This document shows, one piece after another, positions 1 to 11,633 of a DNA stretch of 49,978 bases. This DNA comes from Octopus bimaculoides (taxonomy: Eukaryota), in assembly GCF_001194135.2 (NCBI RefSeq), contig NC_068986.1, forward strand, positions 73,406,279 to 73,456,256, in the 5' to 3' direction. Numbering within the stretch: the stretch's first letter is position 1; the number at the start of each line of letters is the position of its first letter. The notes beneath the pieces are model-generated. The model was not told the origin of the DNA. It saw only the letters and a list, made by a program, of their open reading frames with translations, and did not search any database. The position numbers and the translations under genes are program-made.

Positions 1-249
1 CTGGCTTGTGCGGATGGCACATAAAAGACACCATTTCGAGCGTGGCCGTTTTCGTGCTGGTGACACGTAAAAGCACCCACTACACTCTCTGAGTGGTTGG
101 CGTTAGGAAGGGCATCCAGCTGTAGAAACTCTGCCAAATCAGACTGGAGCCTGGTGTTGCCATCCGGTTTCACCAGTCCTCAGTCAAATCGTCCAACCCA
201 TGCTAGCATGGAAAGCGGACGTTAAACGATGATGATGATGATGATGATA
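1..249 (+). mobile_element. 3' UTR and (GAT)n tail of an RTE-clade LINE (young copy, truncated by window edge)
   Basis: Only 3 mismatches over ~227 nt to 40445-40671, which directly follows an RTE ORF C-terminus; ends GGACGTTAAAC(GAT)n. Confidence 0.85.
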
Positions 250-279
250 TATATATATATGTATGTATATATTTGTATG

Positions 280-485
280 TGTGTGTCTATGTTTGTTCCA
301 CCCCACCATCGCTTGACAGCGGATGTTGGAGTGTGAACAACCCTGTAATTTAGCGGTTTGGCCAAAGAATCCGATAAAATAAGTACTAGGCTTACAAAGA
401 ATAAGTCCTGGGGTCGATTTCTTTGGCTAAAGATAGTGCTTCAGCATGGCCTCAGTCAAATGACTGAAACAAGCAAAAGAATAAA
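280..485 (+). mobile_element. SINE family A, 3' half
   Basis: Matches 8270-8444 (gtttgtcccc...gcttgaca...tactaggcttacaaagaataagtcctggggtcgattt...cagtcaaatgactgaaacaag). Confidence 0.8.
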
Positions 486-500
486 GGAACATAAATAGAT

Positions 501-815
501 CATCATCATCATCATCATCATTTAATGTCCGTTGTCCAGGCTCGCATGAATTGTATGGTTTGACCAGGGCTGGTAAACTGGAAGGTTGCAACAGGTGCCC
601 GTTTGATTTGGCTTGGTTTTCTATGGCTGGATGCCCTTACTAACGCCAACCACTCTGAGAGTGTAATGGGTGCTTTTACATGCCACTGGTATGGGTGTCA
701 TTTGTGTGATACCAGCAACTGCCACAACTGCGATTTTGCTTGGCTTCATGGGTCTTCTATTCAAGCATGACATAATGCCAAAGGATTCGCTCATTTCCTC
801 CATGAGGCCCAACAC
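501..815 (-). mobile_element. RTE LINE 3' UTR fragment, diverged
   Basis: (CAT)n then tttaatgtccg...ggatgcccttactaacgccaaccactctgagagtgtaatgggtgcttttac, the reverse complement of the 1-249 family. Confidence 0.75.
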
Positions 816-849
816 TTAACCACTTTGCCTTTGTGAGGTCCAATGCTCA

Positions 850-883
<34 letters not shown>

Positions 884-1069
884 AGACACACACACATACA
901 TGCATGTACATGTAGGCTCAGTATGGCTGAATGGTTATGAACTGTGTTTTGCAATCATGAGGTTCTGAGAGTGATAGCAGTGTATGGCATCTTGGGTAAA
1001 TAAGTCTGTTAATTCATTATAAATAAATAAGAAGTTGTAATTAATATGTGATATTAGTTCTCCCTTTAA

Positions 1070-1735
1070 CGTGGTGAGCTGGTAGAATTGTTAGCATGGT
1101 GGGAAAAATACTTAGCGGTATTTCGTCTGCTGTTACGTTCTGAGTTCAAATTCCACTGAGGTCGACTTTGCCTTTCATCCTTTTGGGGTCGATAAATTAA
1201 GTACCAGTTACGCACTGAGGTCGATGTAATCGACTTAATCTATTTGTCTATCCTTGTTTGTCCCCTCTATGTTTAGCCCCTTGTGGGCAATAAAGAAATA
1301 AGAATTGTTAGCATGGCGGGCAAAATGCTTCATAGTAATTCGTTCATCTTTACTTTCTCAGTTCAAATTCTTCTGAGGTTGACTTTGCTTTTCATCCTTT
1401 TGGGGTTGATAAAATAAATACCAGTGGAGCACTGGGGTTGTTGTAATCGACTTAACCCTCTCCCCAAATTTTCTGGCCTTGTGCGAAAATTTGAAACTAA
1501 TATTAATTCTCCCTAAGTCAGCAGTCTGGCAGAATTGTTAGCACAACAGGTGAAAAGCTTCACAGTTTTTCATGTCTTTACATTCTGAGTTCAAATTCCG
1601 CAGAGGTTGACTTTGCCTTTCATCCTTTCTGGGTCAATAAAATAAGTACCATTTGAGCACTGGGGTCGATGTAATTGTCTTACCCACTCCCTGAATTTGC
1701 TGGGCTTGTGCCAAAATTTGAAACTAATATTGGTT
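1070..1735 (+). mobile_element. Three tandem copies of tRNA-headed SINE family B
   Basis: Three repeats of gagctggcagaat..ttagca..ctgagttcaaattcc (B-box-like)..gaggtcgactttgcctttcatcc..ggggtcgataaa..agtacc, starting near 1070, 1300 and 1515. Confidence 0.85.
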
Positions 1736-1847
1736 GTCTTTTGGTGTGTTTCTATTTTTGTATTCTTTAAACTAGTGATTCATATCTGTTGAAATGTTGA
1801 CCTTCTCAAACTATAAAAGACATTGGTGCCATATCCTAGGGAATATA

Positions 1848-2098
1848 TTGGGTTGGTGCATAATTTTTGCGGCTTTTTCTCAACAAATTTTAGTCAACAA
1901 AAACAATAACAATGTTTAACAAAAAACATCTTTAAATGATGGTCTGACCATCTGCCAAGCAAATGGGAAGCAGTAATTGAAGTAGATGGTGAATATGCTC
2001 CGGAATAATCATTTAAAAATGTTTTTGTTACATGTTGTTACTCTTTTTGTTGAATAAAATTTGTTGAAAAAAGCTGCAATAATTATGCACCATCCCAA
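1848..2098 (+). mobile_element. Mariner-type internally deleted element (MITE) retaining the transposase C-terminus
   Basis: ~55-bp TIRs TTGGGTTGGTGCATAAT.../...ATTATGCACCATCCCAA with TA on both sides (1846-47, 2099-2100); 1946-2008 reads DHLPSKWEAVIEVDGEYAPE*, like the mariner C-terminal LPxRWxxVIxxxGxY motif. Confidence 0.85.
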
Positions 2099-2308
2099 TA
2101 GAAACAGTTCTGATGTATTTTATAGATTCTTTATTGGAATAGCCCAGCAATATTTTTCTATTTTTAAAGTTTGGATATATTTTGTTTTTTATTATGTTTT
2201 GGGGATTTTCATTAGGACAATCCTTTATAGAAAGGAATGCATTGAATACATTCTTGTTTTTGAAATGCCATCTCTCTTGGGAAGCTAACATATTCATTAC
2301 AATTTTAA

Positions 2309-2536
2309 CCCTTTAGCATTCAGATTATTCTCTGAAATGTTCTTTTTTATTCACATTGTTTTTAATTAATCTTGCATTATGTTATTGCTTCAAAATTAGT
2401 TTCAAAATTTTGATGATGAGATTGTATATTTTGTAGTGGCATTGAAGGGTAGGTGTGATAGGTTGGATCTGGCCTGTTAGAACATAAAGCAGGAAGAATA
2501 TTTAGGCTGGATGTGGCCGGTTTAAATACGAAAGGC
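2309..2536 (+). mobile_element. piggyBac-like non-autonomous element (TTAA target, CCCTTTAGCATT TIR)
   Basis: TTAA at 2305-08 and 2537-40; begins CCCTTTAGCATT; same body as 10549, 19314 and 26319. Confidence 0.75.
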
Positions 2537-2624
2537 TTAAGTAGCTACTGTTCATGTGGCTAACATCACTCATATTTCTGTGGCAAACAACTGGTTTCTA
2601 GTTTAATGTAGTGGCTTATTGTTG

Positions 2625-3025
2625 TTATTGTTGTTTAGTCCTAGTTCAGCTTTGATCATACAGGACTATGATCACAGGCTTTCCTACTGTGACCATCCTG
2701 AATTTTCAGGACATCTAGTTGTATATAATTCAAAGTCTTTGCTTTTTAAGACAATGAAGTATGATGAGAGATATTTGGCTACTATTTCTAGCAGATTTGT
2801 GTAGTATAGCAACTGTTTTCTAGCTTAATTCAGTGGCTTCTTGTTTGTCCTAGTTCACCCTTGATCATGCAAAACTATGATCAAAGGCTTTCCTGCTGTG
2901 ACCATCCTGAAGTTTTAGAACATCTAGTAATACATAATCCAAAGTTTTTTTCCTTTTATAAGACAGTGCAGTGTGATGAGAGATATTTGACTACTATATC
3001 TAGCAGATAAAGTGACTATGTAGAG
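2625..3025 (-). mobile_element. Two tandem ~200-bp copies of an interspersed repeat with (AAC)n-like end (family H)
   Basis: gtcctagttca..ttgatcat..actatgatca.aggctttcct.ctgtgaccatcctgaa..taagaca..gatgagagatattt..ctact..tctagcagat occurs twice; related pieces at 11120-11320 and 20900-21010. Confidence 0.65.
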
Positions 3026-3241
3026 CAGTATTTCCCAACATCTTTACCCCCAGGCCCCACTATAACTTTCCAGAAAAGTGTAAGCCCCACTGGTGGTTGG
3101 GAAAAAACAACTTTATATCTTTGATATTTCGTAATTATAAACTTTCCTTAAAGAAATATCCACACCAGGGCTATACTGTAGCTAACAGTCTTCACACAGT
3201 ATGCTTGGCTGGAGGGATTGGTTTGGCTAGGTTGAGTATAT

Positions 3242-3626
3242 TTGTTGTTGGCACTCCATCGCTTATGATGTCGAGGGTTCCAGTTGATCTGATCAACGGA
3301 ACAGCCTGCTCGTGAAATTAACGTGCAAGTGGCTGAGCACTCCACAGACACGTGTGCCCTTAACGTAGTTCTCGGGGATATTCAGCGTGACACAGTGTGA
3401 CAAGGCTGACCCTTTGAATTACAGGCACAACAGAAACAGGAAGTAAGAGTGAGAGAAAGTTGTGGTGGAAGAGTACAGCAGGGTTTGCCACCATCCCCTG
3501 CCGGAGCCTCGTGGAGCTTTAGGTGTTTTCGCTCAATAAACACTCACAACACCCGGTCTGGGAATCGAAACTGCGATCCTATGACCGTGAGTCCGCTGCC
3601 CTAACCACTGGGCCATTGCGCCTCCA
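3242..3626 (-). mobile_element. Full-length tRNA-headed SINE family C with (CAA)n tail
   Basis: Reverse complement starts GGAGGCGCAATGGCCCAGTGGTTAGGG (A box)...GTTTCGATTCCC (B box); high similarity to 18286, 31653 and 38085. Confidence 0.9.
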
Positions 3627-3799
3627 CATAGGTATAGTGTGTCTGCTGTAAAAAAAAAAAAAGATACTCACAATTCCATGTTCCACTAAAAAAAAGAAAA
3701 GAAAAAATATTTGGATTCCCAGGCGTCACTGGTGGGGTGTATGCTCCATGTTGGGAATCACTGATGTAGAAGCTGCTTTGTTGCATTAATCTTTGTCTA

Positions 3800-4030
3800 C
3801 ATTATATATACAATAATAAAGGTAGTGAACTGGCAAAAGCATTAGCATACCAGACAAAATGCTTGGCAGCATTTCTTTTGTCTCTTCATGTTCTGAGTTC
3901 AATTGTTACCAAGGTCTACTTTTCCTTTCATTTTTTCAGGATTGAATAAGTACTGATTGAGCACTGGGGTTGATGTAACTGACTAGCACCCTCCAAAAAA
4001 ATTTCAGGCCTTGTGCCTATAATAGAAAGA
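3800..4030 (+). mobile_element. SINE family B, diverged
   Basis: gtgaactggcaaaagc..ttctgagttcaa..ttttcctttcattt..agtactgattgagcactggggttgatg..ggccttgtgcc. Confidence 0.7.
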
Positions 4031-4585
4031 GTTATTATATAATGTTACTGGTAATTATTTCTTACTTTTGGATAACAAAGACATGCCCTTCTAGAAATGT
4101 TTTTATCAGAAGTTTAGATTTATCATCATAGTTATCAATAATAGACTCCACTCCAACTCTAATACTGTCATTCTTATTTTTAATTGATTTATGTTTCAGA
4201 TTTACCTCCCTTGCCTCTATTGACCAAGTTAACAATCAAATTAACAATTATTTCTTATCACTACAGGCGTAACTTTAATTAAAATACAATGGTTCACCCC
4301 ATTGTGTAAGTAATGAATTAATTAGAAACTAAGTTAATATCCTCACCAGCTTCTTTCTGTGGTAGCTATCTTCTTTTGTACAATGCATATGACCGTATAT
4401 GTTATTACAAAGAATTTCCCTGGTTCTAATTATTGCACAGCTATGGGTGATGACATAGCTGTGTGGTTATCTCTGTGGCTTCTGTTTGTCATTATTGACC
4501 ATGGATGAAGGTCTTAGTTGTCCGCTCTGCTGGAACAGCTTTGCCTATAACTAAACAGGCTGATATGTGAATGGCACTCTCTACT

Positions 4586-4960
4586 ATGGAGTGTTGCTCC
4601 CACACATGAGACAGTGTTGTTGCTGCACACAGATATGTTGATGAAAAGGGCCTTCCAACTGATTGGCATAAAGTTAATCACACTCCAGCCTCTCTTTATC
4701 TCTCTGCCATTCTTATTACTACTCTTGTCTCAGCTCCTCAGAGCTGGTTGGTCTCACATTAATTCCTGGTGCCCCTAGCTCATTTGTCTCTCCTCTTCTC
4801 ATCATCCTTCTTGCTCATATATCTCTCAGACTTCACACTAACCAGTATTCCCTGTCCTTCTTTTCTAGAATTTCATCCCTCTGGAACTCCCCTCTCTGCC
4901 CATGTTTTCTCACAAGCATTGAATTGTAATAGTGCAAGACCAACTATGACTTCAATCTCA
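4586..4960 (+). pseudogene. Fossil ORF2 C-terminus of a CR1/L2-group non-LTR retrotransposon
   Basis: With stops and frameshifts it reads MECCSHT*...KRAFQLIGIKLITLQPL...SLCHSYYY..SSSELVGLTLIP...RLHTNQYSLSFFSRISSLWNS, matching the family pattern MEYCSHIW..QKRA..LQPL..SLFYRYY.G.CSSEL..RT..Y..SFFPRT..LWNSLP. Confidence 0.75.
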
Positions 4961-5663
4961 CTGATCTCTGAGAGTCTGTGAAAGTCATAAGCATACCCTT
5001 TTTCTTCATACCTGACAATTAACAGTAAAGAACCCACCCAAATATCAGCTAATTAGCTGAGTGGAATTGAGGTAGATAAGGCAGTTTAAAAACGGGTTGG
5101 GTGGTATCAGGGTCCATAGCTTATATATATACCAAATAGATGAGTAAATTGATTACACTAAGGTGGAAATGTTGAGTGAAGAAGGAGTGCCAGCAGTTGG
5201 TGGTTGATGCAACATAAACTAGACATAGGGTAAATAGAAAACAAATGTAGGTTAGTTATACTAATTTGCTGGTACCTAAGATACGTGAGTCTCAAACTTT
5301 ATGTTTGAAATAAACAGTAGGACACTCTACTGTACAATCTTTTGTCAGCAAAGAGAAAATAAATGACATTAAAGCAATGTAATTTAGGATTTCAGTTTGT
5401 CTATTCCTGAATTAATTACCTTATTTATCTTACATTAGTTTTGAAAAAGAATTAAATTTATTTATTCTTTTGTTTTTAATGAATGATTAAATTATTCTCT
5501 ATTTTTGTGCTCAGTTTTTATCCATTTAATTAGTATGGTTCTCTAGTGTTTCTGGTGATTATATTTTCTATTTTTTCTCTCTTTCTAATATACTTTAATG
5601 TAATTAGTCTTTCCTATGTATACAATTTTGGATACTTTACCTACAGATTATAGATAGCTGATA

Positions 5664-5666
<3 letters not shown>

Positions 5667-5708
<42 letters not shown>
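5667..5708. repeat. (TG)n microsatellite
   Basis: Direct inspection. Confidence 0.95.
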
Positions 5709-5711
<3 letters not shown>

Positions 5712-6362
5712 TTATAACTTTGTTACAAAATTAACTTAAATATTATTTCCTGTCACATCCTTGTGTTAAGAGTAAACTTTGGAGGCTTCTCTATCTCTTA
5801 TGTTCACAAACTAGGTAACTATCTAAAGTAATAAACAAAGCTCTTTCCTTGGATCACAAACATATATTTTGAATATGTGATTGTAATACAATATTGATGT
5901 TCTCAAAGAAAACATTTCTCTTGTTAGTCTTAGTTTCAGATTTACAGTTACAGGTTTACATGTCCATATGTGAATTATCATTGTTATGTATAACACTTCC
6001 CACCAAGATTGGTTTGTCCAGTAAATTTCCTGTTACAGCTGAGCCAGATTAAATAATTGCTGAACTCTATCTCTTTACTTCTCCTGGGCTGCAAATAGTG
6101 TGAGACCCATTGTCAAACCTGATCATTGGCTTGTTTGACCAGGACTGACTTGGGATTAAATAACACCAAGTTCATTACAAGTACAATTTATTTTCTTCTT
6201 CATCAATGAAGATTTTCTCTATAATTCCATCAAATATTCCCACATTCAGTAGAAATTCTTAAGCTTATATACATTAATCTATACAAACTCATTAAAACAA
6301 GGATATATCTATTCTTTGTCTTGACTAAGCTTTTGTCCAGTAGCTGTTTATTGTACTTATTC

Positions 6363-6698
6363 ATTACCCTGCGTGTGTAAGTGAAAACAGGGTATTGCAA
6401 TTGCTCATTTTCGTCTGTTTGTCTGTGTGTTTGCAAAATTTCTGAAAAGCAGCTGAACGGATTTTTACCAAATTTGGTAGAAATGCTCATTGGGTGAGTG
6501 GCTTGAACTCATTGAATTTTGGTCTGGTGAATCAAAATGTTTTTTATTTTCTTTGTTACATATGCTTATGCAATGAGCAGGAGAAATAACTCTTGATGTC
6601 ATTTTGTTGAAATATGAATTCATCTGAGATTATTAAATTAAATTATATTTTATCCTTGTGTGTGCACAGGGTAGGCATCGCGCCTCAATGCCTTTTTT
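6363..6698 (+). mobile_element. Helentron-associated / DINE-1-like non-autonomous element
   Basis: 5' TACCCTG (6365-71) with inverted copy CAGGGTA (6388-94); gtctgtttgtctgt microsatellite; gaacggatttttaccaaatttggt core; 3' CAGGGTA (6667-73), then hairpin AGGCATCG/CAATGCCT and a T-run. Confidence 0.65.
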
Positions 6699-8012
6699 CC
6701 ATTAATCTTTTGTCCATCTCCTATGCTTGCAGTTGCATTGCATGATAGGGTTTTTCAAGTTCCTTAATTCAATATTAAATTCCATTCTTTGCTTGGAATT
6801 TAATATTGAGCAAGGTATTATATGCTATCTGAACTACAATTTGGTATTTTCCTCATCTCATTCAGTCCATGTAACATTTAAAGACATTCTTAAATAAAAC
6901 TGTTTTATTTCTTTGCTGAATTAAAAATACTGTAATTCTGGATTACGTCAGCGTTTCTCAGTGTTCTGTATTACTTTAAAATGTCTATATCATTGTAAGT
7001 AATAACAGTCAATGTTCTTTTGAATAGAGCTTTTGATAATCTTCTAATTTTCTATACTGATATTCCTGCTACATGGCTTCAGTTAGGTGGTATTTGGAAA
7101 CACACATTTCTATTTGTGTGTGTGTGTGATCATTATTATCATAATTTAACATCCACTTTTCCATACTTGCATGAATCAGAGGGTATTTGTTGAGGTAAAG
7201 TTTTCTATAGCTGGGAGACTTATGCAGCTATTATGCAATCATTGTTGAGCATACACATTTATAGTAAAAAAAAGCTGTTTGTGAAAGTCCGTAGATTTTG
7301 TTGCCTGCAGTTTAGGTACATGGGTTTACATGAATGATATTGCTGAGAAAATCCCTTGAAAATATTTGCGAAAGAAAGCGAACTCACAGTTTTTTTCGTT
7401 CTTGTGATGATCTCCATAAAATAAACTATTTAAGCAATAAATTAAGATGAATGATTTAGTGGGACAGAAACGATATATATATAATATTTCTTTCAGTGCA
7501 GGAAAGAAAAGTCATAATTAAAAAAAAACTTAAACTTCAAATGCTTCCTGAATGAGGTATTTCTATTTACTTTTGAGGTCTTAGCAGCTCATACGTACTT
7601 GTATATGTGAATGTACTCGTGTAAGTGTGTGTGTGTGTGTGTGTTCAATTGAGAAAGGAATACTTTTTCACATGTGAAATTTTGCAATTTTTGCACCACA
7701 TGTCTTGAAGATACCAGAATTGAAGAAGGTGAATTTTCGAATATATTGTTATGTCCTAATTACCTAAGACACAATTTGTATGTACATGTATGTGCATATA
7801 CATATGTTAGTGTCCATGTATATGTGAGTGAGATTTTCTCTCCTCTCATCATTCTTCTTTTTTACTCTCTTTCTCTTCCATCCCATCATTTGCTTTCTTT
7901 TATCTTCCCTCCATTAGTTGTTCTCTTCTTCTGTCTCTTGTCTTAGTACTATTATGGTTTAGCAGGACAATATGTGTGTGTGGTGTGTGTGTGTGTATTG
8001 ATTTAACAGAAA

Positions 8013-8071
<59 letters not shown>

Positions 8072-8075
<4 letters not shown>

Positions 8076-8443
8076 GCAGGAGTGGCTGTGTGGTAAGTAG
8101 CTTGCTTACCAACCACATGGCTCCGGGTTCAGTCCCACTGCATAGCACCTTGGGCAATTTTCTTCTACTATAGCCTCGGGCCGACCAAAGCCTTGTGAGT
8201 GGATTTGGTAGATGGAAACTGAAAGAAGCCTATCGTGTATATGTATATATATATATATGTGTGTGTCTGTGTTTGTCCCCCTAACATTGCTTGACAATCG
8301 ATGCTGGTGTGTTTACGTCCCCATAACTTAGCGGTTCAGCATAAGAGACCGATACTAGGCTTACAAAGAATAAGTCCTGAGGTCGATTTGTTCGACTAAA
8401 GGGCGGTGCTCCAGCATGGCCGCAGTCAAATGACTGAAACAAG

Positions 8444-8444
<1 letters not shown>
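8072..8444 (+). mobile_element. Full-length tRNA-headed SINE family A (central TA/TG microsatellite)
   Basis: GGCGCAGGAGTGGCTGTGTGGTAAG head, GGGTTCAGTCCC B-box-like motif, ccttgggcaa block, microsatellite, 3' module ending tgactgaaacaagtaa. Confidence 0.9.
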
Positions 8445-8493
<49 letters not shown>

Positions 8494-9989
8494 AGGATGT
8501 ACGTACATGCATATACACAATGAAGTTTATTTTAGTAGAATTATGCAGGTATAGCTAGCCTATATTTATGTAAACATTGTTGTATAAATGTACATAGATG
8601 TAGTTATATATTTATGCAAATACAATTATTATATATTTATGTATTTATTGGAGCTATACTTATATATAATTATGTAGATACAGTTATATTTTTGTAGGCA
8701 TGATTATATATATTCATGTAGATAAAGTTATGCAGATAGTTATCATATATATATATAATTTTCAGAATCCAGTAGAGTGAAGGTATTTTAATAACAGAGC
8801 TGCCAAGTTAGAGTTGGGGATAGTATATCTGTGCACTAACAATGTGTATGGTCACTCTCATACTTACGAAACAAATACAGATTAGTCCTTCCAGTTATGC
8901 ATACATTCACTAGTATAGAACAAATACACCACCCATCTGTGTTATTATATATATATTTATGTAGACATCATTGTATGCATTATATATAGACATAGTTATC
9001 ATTTGCCATCAGTTATGTGTTAGTTTCAGCATAGGACCAGATAGTTTTAGAATCATTTTTAAGCTGTTTTTAACCAGACAACAGAAAATGCTGCAAATTT
9101 CATCAAAGATTATAATTTCAAGCATAGTTTTATTTCCCTTTAATATTGTTGGCAGTATTTTATGTCAGAATCTTAATATTTCCAGACAGACACATGGTCC
9201 AAGAGTGCAGATATGACTGCATGGGTAAGAAGTTTGCTTCACAACAATGTGATTTCAGGTTCAATCCTTCTGTATGTCAAGTTCCAGTTTAACAAATGCC
9301 TTGTAAGTGAAATTTAGTGAAAGACTGTTGTTTGGAGAGATTATCCCTGTTCTTAGGTGATAAATTTAATCTGTTAACCAATTTAACATTGTTGCTTGGC
9401 CTTTTGAGTGAATTTAGTACTGTTGGGCTAACTCTCTGATCTGAGGATAACTTCCTTTCTTCATTTCCAGTCTTGTCCTTCCTTTCCTGACAATGTCATT
9501 ACATGAAAATACTAGTGTAACAGCTGCTTATCTTGTTGTTTTCTCGTTTCTAATATTAGCAGCTGTGATGGATTAGTAGAATCGTCAGAGCACCAAACAA
9601 AATGTCTTTCAATATTTCTTTAGTCAGCTAATTACATTTCTTTCTTTTTACTTTCTACTACAGGCACAAAGCCTAAAATTTTGAGGGAGAGGGTAATTTG
9701 ATTATAGCCTCCACCCCACAACCATGCTCAGTTAATACTTCTTTCATCATTCACTCAAAAGAATGAAAGGCAAAATCAAACTTGGCAGAATTTGAAATCA
9801 GAACTTAAAGCTAGAAGAAATACTGCTAAACATTTTGTCTGTTGTGCTAATGATTCTGTCAACTTATCACCTTCAGCTCTTTACATTCTGAGTTTAAATT
9901 CTGCTGGGGTCAGTATTGCTTTCTATCCTTGTATGAGTCAATAAAATAAAGTACTTGCCATGTACTGGAGTTGATGATATCAACTAACC

Positions 9990-10336
9990 CAGTGGTTTTC
10001 AAAGTGGGCAGTATTGCCCTTATGGAGTGGTGGAAAGTTCCAAGGGGACGTTGAAGAAAAGTGGGGTGATAATGGGGTAGCGATTCATGTAAAAAGTGGG
10101 ACAATAATGGGGTAGCAATTTATGTAAGAAGTGGGGCTATAATGAGGTAACGATTCATGTAAAAACAATAAAATAACGGGTTCATTAGGTTAAGTTTTAT
10201 TCGTGAAATACAGTTGCTTTGAATTTGCTTCAGAAAGAGGTCTATGTTTGTGATGGTTAGTTGGGTTGAGGGTGCTAGGAATGTGGCCTGGGTGTCAAGG
10301 GTGAGGGGCAACCTAAAAAAAGTTTGGGAATGACTG
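9990..10336 (+). mobile_element. hAT-type non-autonomous element inserted in a SINE B copy
   Basis: Ends CAGTGGTTTTCAAAGT / AGTTTGGGAATGACTG; 8-bp TSD AACTAACC (9982-89) vs AACTAACT (10337-44); three internal ~32-bp repeats; SINE B sequence on both sides. Confidence 0.8.
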
Positions 10337-10548
10337 AACTAACTGAACCTCCCCTCTCAACTTATTGGTTTTGTATCCAAATTAGAAGTCATTATTTTTC
10401 AAATATTAGTTTCTGTCACATTCTGTAACAACCAGGCATAAAATTAACCATTAGTTGGCTGTGTTTGTTGTCATGTTATACAACATATTGAATAGCCAAA
10501 CAGGAAACTAAACCACTGGGTTACTATGTCTGCTGCAGTGATATTTAA

Positions 10549-10768
10549 CCCTTTAGCCTTTAGATTACTCTGTCAGATGTAATGCTTATTTATTCATATT
10601 GCTTTGAATTAATCATGCATTATCTTGTAGTTTCAGGATTTCGATGTAGTAATTGTTTATTATTAGAATGTTATTGTAGGGTAGGTGTGAGAGACCAGAT
10701 CTGGCCAGCTTGAATGTAAAACAGATAGAATATTTAGGCCAGATACGATTGGTTTAAATTCTAAAAGG
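10549..10768 (+). mobile_element. piggyBac-like TTAA element (same family as 2309)
   Basis: TTAA-CCCTTTAGCCTTTAGATTACTC start; right end decayed. Confidence 0.75.
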
Positions 10769-11503
10769 TGAAGCATTGGCAAGTATCAGGAAATGATCCT
10801 AGTGTATTGCAACTTTCAGGACATATTTCTAGAGGATTTTGTGCTTTCAAACCAAAGTTAATTCTAAAATCAGTTTAAAATATTTGAAACTCTCACAACA
10901 TTTTTTTATTATTGACTTCAATGAAGAATGGATCTTAAATTATATATATCTCTTGAGTTTTAGCCATGTGTATTCCTACTTGATGAAACAAGACAATCAA
11001 ATTTACCATCTCTGTAATTATCTTCAATAATTCTTTAACTTCAGTAATTTTTTTCCCAGAAATTTGTTATGAAAGCATAACATTTGGTTTTAAAATTACT
11101 AAATACAATTTATGTATGTTATCTAGCCCATTATCAGCTATAATTGAGCAGTCCTATGATTAAAGGCATTCCATCTGTAGCCATCCTGTTTTTCTTTAGA
11201 CACACCATGCTGTACACACCATGCAATTTGTCTTTCCTTTTTTAAGACAGTAGAGTATGATTTGAGAGAAATTTAGTTGCTATTTCTAGAAGATTGAACA
11301 ACTGCATAGAAACTCCAGCTTAAGGAATAAGTTGTTCAACATTTTAGCTCAAGGGAAAACTTCCATGTTCAATCCCTGTTATAGCCATGCCCTCGGTATC
11401 TTTACTCCGGTTGTGCTGTCATTTGTTGAGGGGAATTTGGCTGCTGTATTGGACAGGATAGAGACTACATAGAAATTCAAATTAGTAGACCATTTGAACT
11501 TGA

Positions 11504-11633
<130 letters not shown>

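Noticed and set aside
3025-3110. Tiny hAT-like ends (cagtatttcccaac / gttgggaaaa)
   Set aside because: Right terminus incomplete and no TSD visible
3148-3351. Recurrent MSVECSATCTLISRAGCS ORF (also 18562, 31394)
   Set aside because: An incidental reading frame inside SINE family C, not a gene
5045-5060. Perfect 16-bp palindrome TCAGCTAATTAGCTGA
   Set aside because: Isolated, no supporting context; could be chance
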